This document shows positions 10,486-20,302 of a DNA stretch of 64,000 nucleotides, one piece after another. The notes under the pieces were generated by a model. The model ran no database searches and had not been told where the DNA came from. It worked only from the letters and a program-made list of their open reading frames with translations. Each line of letters begins with the position of its first letter. The first letter of the stretch is position 1. The stretch is from contig OZ271854.1 of NCBI GenBank assembly GCA_965601925.1, positions 1,568,001-1,632,000 of the forward strand, in the 5' to 3' direction. Origin of the DNA: Alkalispirochaeta sp. (GTDB taxonomy: Bacteria; Spirochaetota; Spirochaetia; DSM-27196; Alkalispirochaetaceae). A program made the position numbers and the translations under genes.

Positions 10486-10574
10486 ATATGATCGCCAGTA
10501 TGAAACGCGAGGGGAATCGAAGCAAGGTGTCACGGGGGGGCGGGGCGAGGTCAACCAAGCCGCCGCAGAACGCC

Positions 10575-11120
10575 GTGAAACTGATTGCACTCCTCGGAAA
10601 TCCCGGCCGGCGGTACGCACGGACGCGGCACAACGTGGGCTGGATGGTCTCCGACGAGCTGACGTCTCATTCCGCATCCGCGTGGAAGGAGAAGTTCCAC
10701 GGCGTGTTTCTTAAGCGCGGCGAGACGACGCTCCTCAAACCACACACGTTCATGAATCGCAGCGGCCACAGTGTACAGTCGGCGCTCTCCTTCTTCGGCC
10801 TGGAGCTCACCGAGCTGATTGTCGTCCACGACGATCTCGAGACTCCGTTCGGTTCGATAGAGCTTACCTGGGACGGCGGCCATCGAGGAAACAACGGTGT
10901 ACGGTCGATCATGACGCAGTTGGGAGACTCGGCGTTCTGGCGGCTCAGAGTCGGCGTGGGTAGGCCGCCGGCGGGGCGCAAACCGGGCGACTGGCTCCTG
11001 GAGCGCTTCTCGCCGGAAGAGGAGGCACACCTTCCGTCGATCGTTGCCGCCGCCGCGGCGATGATCGGCGAATACACGGATACCCCACGCGTCGTTCTGC
11101 GTCACATTCCCTCGATCTGA
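10575..11120 (+). CDS. pth: Peptidyl-tRNA hydrolase
   Basis: LGNPG..Y..TRHNVG, KPHTFMNRSG, VVHDDLE, RLRVGVGRP. Confidence 0.93.
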   Translation: MKLIALLGNPGRRYARTRHNVGWMVSDELTSHSASAWKEKFHGVFLKRGETTLLKPHTFMNRSGHSVQSALSFFGLELTELIVVHDDLETPFGSIELTWDGGHRGNNGVRSIMTQLGDSAFWRLRVGVGRPPAGRKPGDWLLERFSPEEEAHLPSIVAAAAAMIGEYTDTPRVVLRHIPSI

Positions 11121-11180
11121 CGCAAAACCGCATCACTCGGCACAATACGGTGGGGGTTCCAGGAGCCCCGATATGACGGT

Positions 11181-12758
11181 ATGATTGCCGCCGCGAGGTC
11201 ATCGGTGAAACGTTGTAACAATGTACTCTTTATCCAACGCGCCGTACGCGGGCTTATCGCGGCGCTCTGTCTGTTCGCACTACCCGTCGTCTCGACTCAT
11301 GCGCAAGCGGCCGATGCCGCCGAGGAGCAGCGTGAGCAACCGACGGCATCGAGCTACCGAATCGAGGCGGTCGACTACGTCATAGACGGTCGAACGCGGC
11401 AGTGGATCCTTCGGGATCTCCTTGATCTCGATATCGGCCTCGAGTTTGCATCGCGCGAGGCGCTGGAAGCGCACCTCATACGACAGCAACAGATTCTCAT
11501 CAACCAGCGTGCGCTTCAGGAAGCGAGCGTTGACTATACGCTCGGAGAGCCGGATGAAGGAGCGGTCGTACCGGTTTCGGTGGCGGTCACGACGGAAGAC
11601 ACGTGGAACCTCATCGTGCTTCCCTACTTTCGATACGACTCCAATACCGGGCTCCTCCTCAGTGTCCGCGGACGTGACTACAACCTCTTCGGAACGTTAC
11701 AGGAGCTCGAGATCGACTTCGACTACGAGCGCACGGACGATGAAGAGGACCTTTTTACCGTCGCATTCAACTTCAGCCTCCCCTTTAATCTGTTTGAGCA
11801 ACGATGGCGCCTCATCGTAGATCAGCGGCTTGAGATCGAGGACGGCGATCTCGATTTCGAGTTTTCCACCGGACTCGGTTACGCATTCGACTGGGTCGGT
11901 CTGGGGTGGGAAGCGGTCTATACGCAGTCGTACAATTATCTCACCAACGACGACGAGGGAGACGACTACTATTTCACCAGCCGTCTCGCCCTCGAAACGT
12001 CCGTCGATACGCCGGTCCATGTGCCCGGTTTCGGGGTGCTCCAATACAGGCCCGGAGTCTATACCCAAACGCGCTACCGCCCGGGCGGCATCAGCGAAGA
12101 ACGGGAGGGCGTATCGGTCGGTTTCGACCACAGGCTGGACGCCGGCGGGTTTGATTGGATCGGAAACTATCGCAGGGGCCAGTCCGTTCGACTCGGTAAC
12201 GACAACGAGTACAATATCACCACCGACGAGTGGGACACGGAAGTCAACTTCCGCCTGTCTGCGTATCGCTCGCTGTGGCAGCCGAGTCCCGACGTGTGGC
12301 CCAAGGCCGGCGTAAGCGCGTCGATCAGCAGTTTCTATCTGATCGACGGTGCCGACGACGACCCGGACGATCCGGACGACGACCAGGAGGATGCGGCAAG
12401 AGACGCACGCGGCGTGGCCGACGACTCGATGAACGGCGATTTGGGCGTCTTCCTCAACCTCGACGCAGTCGTAACGGTCTGGACGTTGGAGCCGATCTTC
12501 GAGGCGCAATTCGGCGTCTTCTTCGATGTCGCATACGTGCGTGACACGAGAGGCGATTTCTACGAATCATCATCGTTCGATGCCGAACGTGACCTCAAAT
12601 ACGGCGCCGGTATCGAGATTATCGGTTTCCCGCTGTTCGCGCGGAGTCTATACATTCGGGGATCTCTCGGATTCGATCTGCGACGAGTTGCCGAAGGCGA
12701 GGATCCGCTCGATAGCGAGGTGAGGGAGATCTTTATCGGTCTCGGACACCACTACTAA
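11181..12758 (+). CDS. Putative outer-membrane beta-barrel protein with N-terminal POTRA-like domain (Omp85-like); start approximate
   Basis: Signal peptide (..STHAQA), DTWNLIVLPY and DYNLFGT segments, alternating beta-strand pattern, aromatic C-terminus IFIGLGHHY. Confidence 0.6.
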   Translation: MIAAARSSVKRCNNVLFIQRAVRGLIAALCLFALPVVSTHAQAADAAEEQREQPTASSYRIEAVDYVIDGRTRQWILRDLLDLDIGLEFASREALEAHLIRQQQILINQRALQEASVDYTLGEPDEGAVVPVSVAVTTEDTWNLIVLPYFRYDSNTGLLLSVRGRDYNLFGTLQELEIDFDYERTDDEEDLFTVAFNFSLPFNLFEQRWRLIVDQRLEIEDGDLDFEFSTGLGYAFDWVGLGWEAVYTQSYNYLTNDDEGDDYYFTSRLALETSVDTPVHVPGFGVLQYRPGVYTQTRYRPGGISEEREGVSVGFDHRLDAGGFDWIGNYRRGQSVRLGNDNEYNITTDEWDTEVNFRLSAYRSLWQPSPDVWPKAGVSASISSFYLIDGADDDPDDPDDDQEDAARDARGVADDSMNGDLGVFLNLDAVVTVWTLEPIFEAQFGVFFDVAYVRDTRGDFYESSSFDAERDLKYGAGIEIIGFPLFARSLYIRGSLGFDLRRVAEGEDPLDSEVREIFIGLGHHY

Positions 12759-12895
12759 CGGTCGGGATGGGGAACACGACGCGGGGCCGAGATTCACGCC
12801 GCGTGCGCAAAGAACGAGTTCTCCAGAGTCCTGTACGACGGTGTACCGCCGTTCTGTGTGATGCACAGCGGATTCTTCCACTCCGATAGCCGACG

Positions 12896-13819
12896 TCACA
12901 ACCGGTAGGAGTCGAGCCCCAGATTCCGGCAAATCGTCATCGTCGCGTGGCTATTGTTGAGAGTATACAGATGAACGCCCGGAACCGCGGCGTTGAGTAG
13001 TTCCGCGACTTGCGCGGTAGCCCAGTGCGTACCGACTCGGCGCACACCGTCGTCGTCGCGGGCCCGAGATATCGCCCGTAGAAGCGGCGCGGGAAAGCGC
13101 GAACCGGCGGCAAGTTCGGCCATGCGGCGCATACCGGCTCTACTGGTAACGGGCATCACTCCGGGTACTACCGGCACGGTTATGTCGGCGAGTCGCAATC
13201 GGTCGACGTAGTCGAAGTAGTCCCGATTGTCGAAGAACAGTTGCGTCACGATATAATCTGCACCGGCCTCAACCTTACGCTTCAAGAGCTCGATTTCGGT
13301 GAGACGATTGGGTGTCGCCGGATGCCCCTCGGGAAATCCCGCCACACCGATGGAGAAATGGGGGTAACGTCGGCGGATGTAGGCGATGAGATCCTCTGCA
13401 TAGGGGAAGTCGGGGCTTCCCTGTCCATCGGGCCCCAATCGATCGCGCATCGTCTCCTTCAGCGCGGGATCGGCCGGCGTATCGCCTCGCAGCGCGAGAA
13501 TATTGTGCACGCCTGCCGAATCGTACTCGGCGAGTATGGCGTCGATTTCACCGCGCATCGATCCGACGCACGTAAGGTGCGCTACGACCGTCAAGCCGAA
13601 TTCGGCTTGAATGCGCGTCACCAAACGGTGTGTCTGCGTGCGCGTAGAACCGCCGGCGCCGTAGGTCACGCTGACGTACGCCGGCTCCAAAGGAAGCAGA
13701 TCTTCCCCGATGGTCCGAAAGAGCGTATCCCATCCCTTCGGCGTCTTGGGCGGAAAGAACTCGAAGCTGAAGATCGTCTCCCCATTTGAAAGGAGATCGA
13801 CGACTCGCTTCACGGTCAT
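12896..13819 (-). CDS. metF: Methylenetetrahydrofolate reductase
   Basis: SFEFFPPKT, VSVTYGAGGS, AHLTC, LALRGD, TQLFFD, HLYTLN. Confidence 0.95.
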   Translation of the reverse strand: MTVKRVVDLLSNGETIFSFEFFPPKTPKGWDTLFRTIGEDLLPLEPAYVSVTYGAGGSTRTQTHRLVTRIQAEFGLTVVAHLTCVGSMRGEIDAILAEYDSAGVHNILALRGDTPADPALKETMRDRLGPDGQGSPDFPYAEDLIAYIRRRYPHFSIGVAGFPEGHPATPNRLTEIELLKRKVEAGADYIVTQLFFDNRDYFDYVDRLRLADITVPVVPGVMPVTSRAGMRRMAELAAGSRFPAPLLRAISRARDDDGVRRVGTHWATAQVAELLNAAVPGVHLYTLNNSHATMTICRNLGLDSYRL

Positions 13820-13867
13820 CGGACACGTCCGCTCGCTCCTCCGCCCGGGGGCGGAGGCGACACGCGA

Positions 13868-15037
13868 TTAGCCAACGGCGCTCTGAAGAGCTTTCACTCG
13901 ATCGACCTTTTCCCAGGAGAACTCATCGCGACCGAAGTGGCCGTAGGCGGCGGTGGCGTTGTATATGGGTCGCAGCAGGTCGAGCGCCTCAACGATACCG
14001 TGGGGCGTCAAATCGAACGTCTTCTCGACCCCTTGTGCAATATGGGCTTCGGGGACCGTACCGGTACCGAAGGTGTCGACCATGACGCTCACCGGGAACG
14101 GAACACCGATTGCGTAGGCGAGCTGCACCTCCGCGCGTTCGGCGAGGCCGGCGGCAACGATATGCTTGGCGACGTAGCGCGCCATGTAGGCGGCGCTCCG
14201 GTCTACCTTGCTGGGGTCCTTCCCGCTAAAGGCGCCGCCGCCGTGGCGACCGATGCCGCCGTACGTATCGACGATGATCTTGCGACCCGTAAGCCCGCTA
14301 TCTCCGTGGGGCCCGCCGATGACGAATCGTCCGGTAGGATTGATAAAGAAGCGGGTTTTCCCGTCGAGTAATCCCGTCGGTTCCAGGACGGGGCGGATAA
14401 TCTTCTCGATTATCGTCTCGCGAATCTTGTCGTGGGCCACATCGGGATCGTGCTGGTGGCTGATAACGACCGAGTCGATCCGCTGCGGTTTGTATCCCTC
14501 GTACTCGATGGTCACTTGGCTCTTTGAATCGGGGCGCAGCCAGCTGATGTCGCCGTGCTTGCGTAGTTTGGCGGCGTACCGGAGAAGCCCGTGCGCATAG
14601 GTTATCGATGCCGGCATCAACTCCGGAGTCTCGTTACACGCAAATCCGAACATCATCCCCTGGTCGCCCGCGCCTTGCTGTCCCTCGTACTCCTTGAGCC
14701 CCGCACCGCTCACTCCCTGCGAAATGTCGGCGCTCTGGGCGTGAATCGTGCTCATCACGCTCATCGACTCGTAGTCGAGGCCGTAGGACGGGTCGTCGTA
14801 CCCGACCCGCTTGGCAACTCCGCGGGCGATCTCCTGTACATCGACATAGGTCTTGGTCGTTATCTCTCCGCCGACGAGCACCATACCGGTTGTCGTAAAA
14901 GTTTCGCACGCTACACGGCTCGCGGGATCATCCTGAAGACACGCATCGAGAACCGCATCGCTGATCTGATCGGCGAGCTTGTCCGGGTGACCCTCACTCA
15001 CCGACTCGGAAGTGAAGAGATATCTGGAATTATTCAT
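13868..15037 (-). CDS. metK: S-adenosylmethionine synthetase
   Basis: [28 protein letters not shown]. Confidence 0.98.
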   Translation of the reverse strand: MNNSRYLFTSESVSEGHPDKLADQISDAVLDACLQDDPASRVACETFTTTGMVLVGGEITTKTYVDVQEIARGVAKRVGYDDPSYGLDYESMSVMSTIHAQSADISQGVSGAGLKEYEGQQGAGDQGMMFGFACNETPELMPASITYAHGLLRYAAKLRKHGDISWLRPDSKSQVTIEYEGYKPQRIDSVVISHQHDPDVAHDKIRETIIEKIIRPVLEPTGLLDGKTRFFINPTGRFVIGGPHGDSGLTGRKIIVDTYGGIGRHGGGAFSGKDPSKVDRSAAYMARYVAKHIVAAGLAERAEVQLAYAIGVPFPVSVMVDTFGTGTVPEAHIAQGVEKTFDLTPHGIVEALDLLRPIYNATAAYGHFGRDEFSWEKVDRVKALQSAVG

Positions 15038-15047
15038 ATACGACCCC

Positions 15048-16520
15048 TTAGTATCGATACCAGTCCGGCTTATACGGACCGTCGACCGACACGTTGATGT
15101 ACTCCGCCTGCTCGGGGGTCAGCGTTGTCAGCACGATGCCGAGTTTCTCGAGGTGAAGCCGGGCAACCTCTTCGTCGAGCCGTTTTTCGAGTACCCGCAC
15201 ACCGGGCTCATACGCGTCGCGATTCTGCCACAAATCGATCTGCGCCAACGTTTGGTTCGTGAAGCTGTTGCTCATGACGAAGCTCGGATGGCCCGTTGCG
15301 TTTCCGAGATTCACCAATCGCCCCTCGCTCAAAAGATATATCGCGTGGCCGTCGGAAAAGGTGTACTTATCCACCTGAGGCTTGATCGTCTCGCGCACGA
15401 TGTCCGCAGCGTCGTTCAACTTACCGACCTGAATCTCGTTGTCAAAGTGACCGATATTGGCGACGATCGCCTGATCCTTCATGACCTTCATATGTTCCAA
15501 GGTAATGATGTCCTTGTTACCGGTAGTCGTCACGAAGATATCGATCTCACCGATGACATCCTCGATTCGTTTCACCTCGTATCCCTCCATGGACGCTTGA
15601 AGGGCGCAAATCGGGTCGATCTCGGTCACGATAACGCGCGCGCCTTGGCTGCGAAGGCTCTGGGCGCTGCCCTTTCCGACGTCGCCGTAGCCGCACACCA
15701 ACGCGGTTTTGCCGGCGATCATCACATCGGTGCCGCGCTTAATGCCGTCGATGAGACTCTCGCGACAGCCGTACAAGTTGTCGAACTTACTCTTGGTTAC
15801 GCTGTCGTTCACGTTGATGGCGGGAACGAGAAGCGTTCCGTCCTCGGCCATCTTGTAGAGACGGTGAACGCCGGTGGTCGTCTCCTCGCTCACACCACGC
15901 CATTCGGAGGCGATCTGGTGAAAAAAGCGGGCGTCTTCGTCGTGCACGCGCTTAAGGAGAGCCTTAATAACCGACTCTTCGTGACTCCCCGAGGGAGAAT
16001 CGACCCACGTCGAGCCGTTCTCCATCTCGACACCTTTGTGAATGAGAAGCGTGGCGTCACCGCCGTCGTCGACGATGAGGTTGGGGCCGTGGCCATCCGG
16101 GAAGGAGAGGGCGTTGAGCGTCATCTCCCAGTACTCCTCGAGACTCTCGCCCTTCCAGGCAAAGACCGGCACACCGCGCGGGTCTTCCACGGTACCACCC
16201 GTCTCAGGCTGTCCGACGGCTACCGCTGCGGCGGCGTGATCCTGAGTCGAAAAGATATTGCAGCTCGCCCAGCGGACATCGGCGCCGAGATCAACGAGCG
16301 TCTCAATCAGGACCGCCGTCTGAATCGTCATGTGGAGACTACCGGAGATCCTCACGCCACTCAGCGGCTTTGTCGCACCGTACTTCTCACGCACGGCCAT
16401 GAGCCCCGGCATCTCGTATTCCGCCATTCGGATCTCTTTCCGACCCCATTCGGCGAGGGTAATGTCCTTCACTCGATATGCCGGACGCGTTGCTACGTCA
16501 CGGTGAACATTCGTCTTCAT
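15048..16520 (-). CDS. ahcY: Adenosylhomocysteinase
   Basis: [46 protein letters not shown]. Second ATG (16520) fits the AAGGAG RBS spacing. Confidence 0.97.
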   Translation of the reverse strand: MKTNVHRDVATRPAYRVKDITLAEWGRKEIRMAEYEMPGLMAVREKYGATKPLSGVRISGSLHMTIQTAVLIETLVDLGADVRWASCNIFSTQDHAAAAVAVGQPETGGTVEDPRGVPVFAWKGESLEEYWEMTLNALSFPDGHGPNLIVDDGGDATLLIHKGVEMENGSTWVDSPSGSHEESVIKALLKRVHDEDARFFHQIASEWRGVSEETTTGVHRLYKMAEDGTLLVPAINVNDSVTKSKFDNLYGCRESLIDGIKRGTDVMIAGKTALVCGYGDVGKGSAQSLRSQGARVIVTEIDPICALQASMEGYEVKRIEDVIGEIDIFVTTTGNKDIITLEHMKVMKDQAIVANIGHFDNEIQVGKLNDAADIVRETIKPQVDKYTFSDGHAIYLLSEGRLVNLGNATGHPSFVMSNSFTNQTLAQIDLWQNRDAYEPGVRVLEKRLDEEVARLHLEKLGIVLTTLTPEQAEYINVSVDGPYKPDWYRY

Positions 16521-16654
16521 ATTCATCGCTCCTTATAGGGTACCGTTGCGAATCCGTTATTGCCTCGTCCGTCATAAGGCGTCCGTGGCCCTCGATCGGC
16601 TACCCGTCTATACTGTAATCGATACGCTCCGCAATGGTATTGTTATTGAGAAAT

Positions 16655-17044
16655 TTAGTCTTCAAGCCCTTCGGTGAATGAGCGATACGCGTCGACGTCC
16701 ATGAGCGAATCGAGTTCCGCCGTGTCCAACGGCTTTATTTTGACGATCCATCCGTCGCCGAACGGCGCACCGTTAATCGTCTCCGGTGTATCCTTGAGAA
16801 CCTCGTTGACTTCCGCAACTTCACCCCCGACCGGTATATACAGATCGCTGGCGGCTTTCACACTCTCCACGACTCCGAAGGTGTCGCCTTTTTTGAGTGT
16901 CGCTCCGACTTCCGGTAACTCAACGAATACCACATCGCCCAGCTCTTCCTGCGCATAGTCGGAGATACCGACGACGACGAGATTGCCCTCGAGGCGGGCC
17001 CATTCGTGACTCTCCTGATACTTAACCGAATCATCAAACGCCAT
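16655..17044 (-). CDS. gcvH: Glycine cleavage system H (lipoyl carrier) protein
   Basis: SHEW, GISDYAQEELGDVVFVELP, lipoyl-Lys motif ESVKAASD. Confidence 0.96.
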   Translation of the reverse strand: MAFDDSVKYQESHEWARLEGNLVVVGISDYAQEELGDVVFVELPEVGATLKKGDTFGVVESVKAASDLYIPVGGEVAEVNEVLKDTPETINGAPFGDGWIVKIKPLDTAELDSLMDVDAYRSFTEGLED

Positions 17045-17059
17045 GCTGCTCTCCTCTCT

Positions 17060-17229
17060 TTTTCCACCAGTTATCCACAGAGTGCCCTAACACGCAACAA
17101 ACATTTAGTAGACAGAACTCTTACATACACCGGACTGATAGTGTCAATTTTGTCGCTTTAATCAATTATATCGGCGATATACTCTACGCTTGTGTGCTTG
17201 ATGCGAAGTTTATCCACAACATTTCCACA
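17060..17229. promoter_or_regulatory. Satellite DnaA-box cluster between jag and gcvH
   Basis: Perfect TTATCCACA at 17071-17079 and 17210-17218. Degenerate TTTTCCACC at 17060 and ATTTCCACA at 17221. AT-rich spacer. Confidence 0.75.
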
Positions 17230-17239
17230 ATTGCAGGCG

Positions 17240-17938
17240 TTACGATCCTCGATAGAAGATCCGTACTTGCTTGTAGAGCCCGTCGCCCTCGCTTTCGGTA
17301 CCGATACTCTCAATGTTGTTCAGTGTAGTATGAATCAAGCGTCTTTCAAAGGGATTCATCGGTTCCAATAGCTTACTGCCGCGCGTTCGCTGTACCTGAT
17401 CGGCGACTTTTTGGGCGAGACGAACGAGCTGCTCTTCGCGTCGTGCGCGATACCCTTCGGTATCCAGGACAATCTTGATCTCCGCATCCTCAAACCGGCT
17501 CGCCACGACGTTGGCCAATAGCTGCAGCGCGTCGAGGTTCTTTCCCTTGCGACCAATGAGAATGTTGGCGTGTGTGGTGTCCATGCGGAGACCCAGTTTG
17601 TTGGGCTCGCGATACATGATCTTGATATCGGCGGGAAATCCCATCTTCTCGGTAACGGTCGTCATGAAGTCAACGACGGCGTGCTCGAAATCGGTCTCCG
17701 GCTCCTGGCTGCTCGCAGCGCGCGCAACGCGACTGTCGAGCTCGTGGGCCTCGTCTCCGTCAACACCGGGCTCGCCGGCGAGGTGGACGCGGATCTTAAC
17801 CGACTTGCTTCGTCCGAACAGTCCGCCTTTTTGCATCTCGACGATCTCAACTTCAAACTCGTGCCGTTCCAGGCCCAATGCGTCGACCGCTGCATCGATC
17901 GCCTCCTGTTCGGAGCGACCCTCAAACTCTCTTACCAT
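17240..17938 (-). CDS. jag: RNA-binding protein Jag/KhpB/EloR
   Basis: Jag_N, KH (LIGRKGKNLDALQ) and R3H (MNPFERRLIH) domains; follows yidC. Confidence 0.95.
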   Translation of the reverse strand: MVREFEGRSEQEAIDAAVDALGLERHEFEVEIVEMQKGGLFGRSKSVKIRVHLAGEPGVDGDEAHELDSRVARAASSQEPETDFEHAVVDFMTTVTEKMGFPADIKIMYREPNKLGLRMDTTHANILIGRKGKNLDALQLLANVVASRFEDAEIKIVLDTEGYRARREEQLVRLAQKVADQVQRTRGSKLLEPMNPFERRLIHTTLNNIESIGTESEGDGLYKQVRIFYRGS

Positions 17939-17941
17939 ATA

Positions 17942-19696
17942 CTACTCCGTTGCTTGTTGTTTGCGCCGTTGGTTGATGAAGTACTGCTGCCCGACGGTGA
18001 GAAAGTTGGAGAATATCCAGTACACGAGAAGACCGCTGGGCATATTGTATAGAATAAAGAAGAACATGATCGGCATGCCATACTGCATCATCTTCATCTG
18101 TCCCGCACTGGATCCCGCTGCGGGGTTCTGCATCAGCTTACTGGAAAACAACTGACTCGCGACAAATATAATCGGCAACAGTCTCAGGTCGTTCCATCCG
18201 AGAAAAGGAATGGTAAAACTGCCGAAATTGAGCACCGATTCGGGGGCCGAAAGGTCGGTAATCCACCCGGGAATGAACGTAGCGCCACGCAGATCGAAGT
18301 GGTTGTTGAATACACCGAACATAGCGATGAAAAAAGGAAACTGAAGGGCCAGGGGAAGACACCCACCCAGGGGATTGACACCCTCCTTCTTGTACAAGTT
18401 AGCCATCGCCTCGTTCATCTTTTGGGGGTTGTCCTTGTACTTTTCCCTGATCTCCTGGATCTTTGGATTGAGGGTCTGCATCTTGCCGGTGCTCTCGTAG
18501 CTCTTGTGGGTAAGCGGCCAGAGGGCAACCTTAACCAGAATCGTCAGAATGATGATGGCGATTCCGTAGTTGGGCACGAACCGATGGATCTGCTCCATCA
18601 GAAACTTCAGGATCGTCTCGAGCCACCCGAACAACACCCGGCTATCCTGTACGCGTTGGAGTTCCAGATTGCGGAGTCCCAAAGCGTTGTCGTCGACGTC
18701 GTTGTAGCGCTCGAGCACCCTCGTAACCTTAGGACCGACGTAGAATCGGTACACGTCGCGGTTGGCGGCGGAGCGAATCACCGGCCGCGTGATCGCGAGA
18801 GAATGGCCGTCGCGCAACCCCGCCGGTGTCTGGTTGGAGAAGGTCCACTCATAGTCCAAAGCGCCGGGAATCCCGATCACGGCAAAATACTTGCCCGCAA
18901 GCGCGGCCCACTGGACGCGTTCGGTAAGTGTTTCGCGGTCCTCGTTACGCATCCGGATGTTTCGCCGGCGATCACCGTCGAAGTAGTGAAAATTGCGGAA
19001 CTCGTTCCTGTTGTCCAGTTCCTGATACGACGGACCGATCTGCGGACCGTACGATATCGTGTAGGCGTGCCCGTCAAAATCGAGGGGAATCAGTGCATTA
19101 ATCGAGTTCTGGATCTCGACCGCTACTTCCAGCAAATACTCACCGGGATAGAAGCGATACGTTCGCGTTATGGTAAACGGCTGTTCGCTCGCCCCTTCGA
19201 CGAAGAAATCTCGCGCAAAGACGATCGTATTGCTGTCGGTGGTGTCGACGCGGCGAAAGAGGGTTCGCACCGGTGGATTATCGGCGCCTCCGAAATGGAG
19301 CTCGAACGCTCCGATATCCGTCTCGCCCCGCATCACCATTTCTACCGGGCCCTCGCCGTCGAGATGTTCCAACAGTTGCAACGACACGACGCGTGCGCCG
19401 GCGGGGTCGAAGGTAACGCGCATCAGATCGTTTTCATATATCACCGGGTCCACCGATAGATTCTCTATCGGGGTAGGGGATATGGGATTTCCGAGCATCT
19501 GTTGGGCGAACGGTGGAGGAGTCGACGATTGCTCGCCGTCGAGCGGTTGCTCTCGTATCGCGCCATCGGAATCGGCCGGTGACGCGGTGGGTGCATCGGT
19601 GGCCGGCTGCGGCGGATACAGAATGTTCTGTATCATGAAACCGGCCGTGATAACGATTACCGAGAGAACAACCGCGAGAAGGGTGTTCTTTTCCAT
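17942..19696 (-). CDS. yidC: Membrane protein insertase YidC
   Basis: NYGIAIIILTILVK, LYKKEGVNPLGGCLP, WITDLSAP, PSGLLVYW. Confidence 0.97.
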   Translation of the reverse strand: MEKNTLLAVVLSVIVITAGFMIQNILYPPQPATDAPTASPADSDGAIREQPLDGEQSSTPPPFAQQMLGNPISPTPIENLSVDPVIYENDLMRVTFDPAGARVVSLQLLEHLDGEGPVEMVMRGETDIGAFELHFGGADNPPVRTLFRRVDTTDSNTIVFARDFFVEGASEQPFTITRTYRFYPGEYLLEVAVEIQNSINALIPLDFDGHAYTISYGPQIGPSYQELDNRNEFRNFHYFDGDRRRNIRMRNEDRETLTERVQWAALAGKYFAVIGIPGALDYEWTFSNQTPAGLRDGHSLAITRPVIRSAANRDVYRFYVGPKVTRVLERYNDVDDNALGLRNLELQRVQDSRVLFGWLETILKFLMEQIHRFVPNYGIAIIILTILVKVALWPLTHKSYESTGKMQTLNPKIQEIREKYKDNPQKMNEAMANLYKKEGVNPLGGCLPLALQFPFFIAMFGVFNNHFDLRGATFIPGWITDLSAPESVLNFGSFTIPFLGWNDLRLLPIIFVASQLFSSKLMQNPAAGSSAGQMKMMQYGMPIMFFFILYNMPSGLLVYWIFSNFLTVGQQYFINQRRKQQATE

Positions 19697-19698
19697 TG

Positions 19699-20052
19699 CT
19701 ATTCCTTATGTGATCGGATCAGGCCCGATCGATGTAACAGTGTCTCCACCTGTGAGCGACGATCCGAGAAGCCGAACGAACCGGGATACAGAACGAAAGC
19801 GAGGTCGTAGGTGCCATCGATGTCCGCCTTACACAAGCGATACGCTTCACGGACCAAGCGTCGAGCTCTATTGCGTTCGATCGCATTCGCAAAGCGGCGC
19901 GTGGCGGCGAACAAAACGCGACTCCACCCCACGTCGTTCGGAACGACACGGAGGTGAAGCCCCGTTATTCGATACACGTCCTTGCAAGCAAAGACGCGTG
20001 TGATGTCACGTCTCCGTCGTAAGATCTCCGCCTTAGTAAGGCTTTTTCTCAT
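19699..20052 (-). CDS. rnpA: Ribonuclease P protein component
   Basis: RNR motif ([17 protein letters not shown]); lies between rpmH and yidC. Confidence 0.9.
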   Translation of the reverse strand: MRKSLTKAEILRRRRDITRVFACKDVYRITGLHLRVVPNDVGWSRVLFAATRRFANAIERNRARRLVREAYRLCKADIDGTYDLAFVLYPGSFGFSDRRSQVETLLHRSGLIRSHKE

Positions 20053-20188
20053 CCGCAACGGTCAGTTTTGTACGGCCCTTGGCGCGACGGCGCTTCAGGA
20101 CGAGTCGACCGCCCTTCGTCTTCATTCGGGCACGAAATCCAAACTTGCGGTTACGTTTGACGCGACTCGGCTGATAAGTCCGTTTCAT
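20033..20188 (-). CDS. rpmH: 50S ribosomal protein L34 (not in the ORF track, 51 aa)
   Basis: Manual translation [60 protein letters not shown]. Confidence 0.97.
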   Translation of the reverse strand: MKRTYQPSRVKRNRKFGFRARMKTKGGRLVLKRRRAKGRTKLTVADEKKPY

Positions 20189-20223
20189 CGCTTAACTCCT
20201 CATTTGAACGTAACAGGTGGCGA

Positions 20224-20253
20224 AGTATACCGATCGTAATCCTGCCATGTCAA
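20224..20253 (-). promoter_or_regulatory. Putative sigma70 promoter of rpmH operon
   Basis: TTGACA-18 bp-TATACT on the minus strand. Confidence 0.6.
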
Positions 20254-20302
20254 TCGAGGTGAATCGTTGAAAACTCTTAATTCGGAGTTTAGATTTGTGT
20301 AT

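Noticed and set aside
16527..16654. Canonical SAH or SAM-I riboswitch before ahcY
   Set aside because: Only a partial CAACGG resemblance; the core consensus elements were not found by eye.
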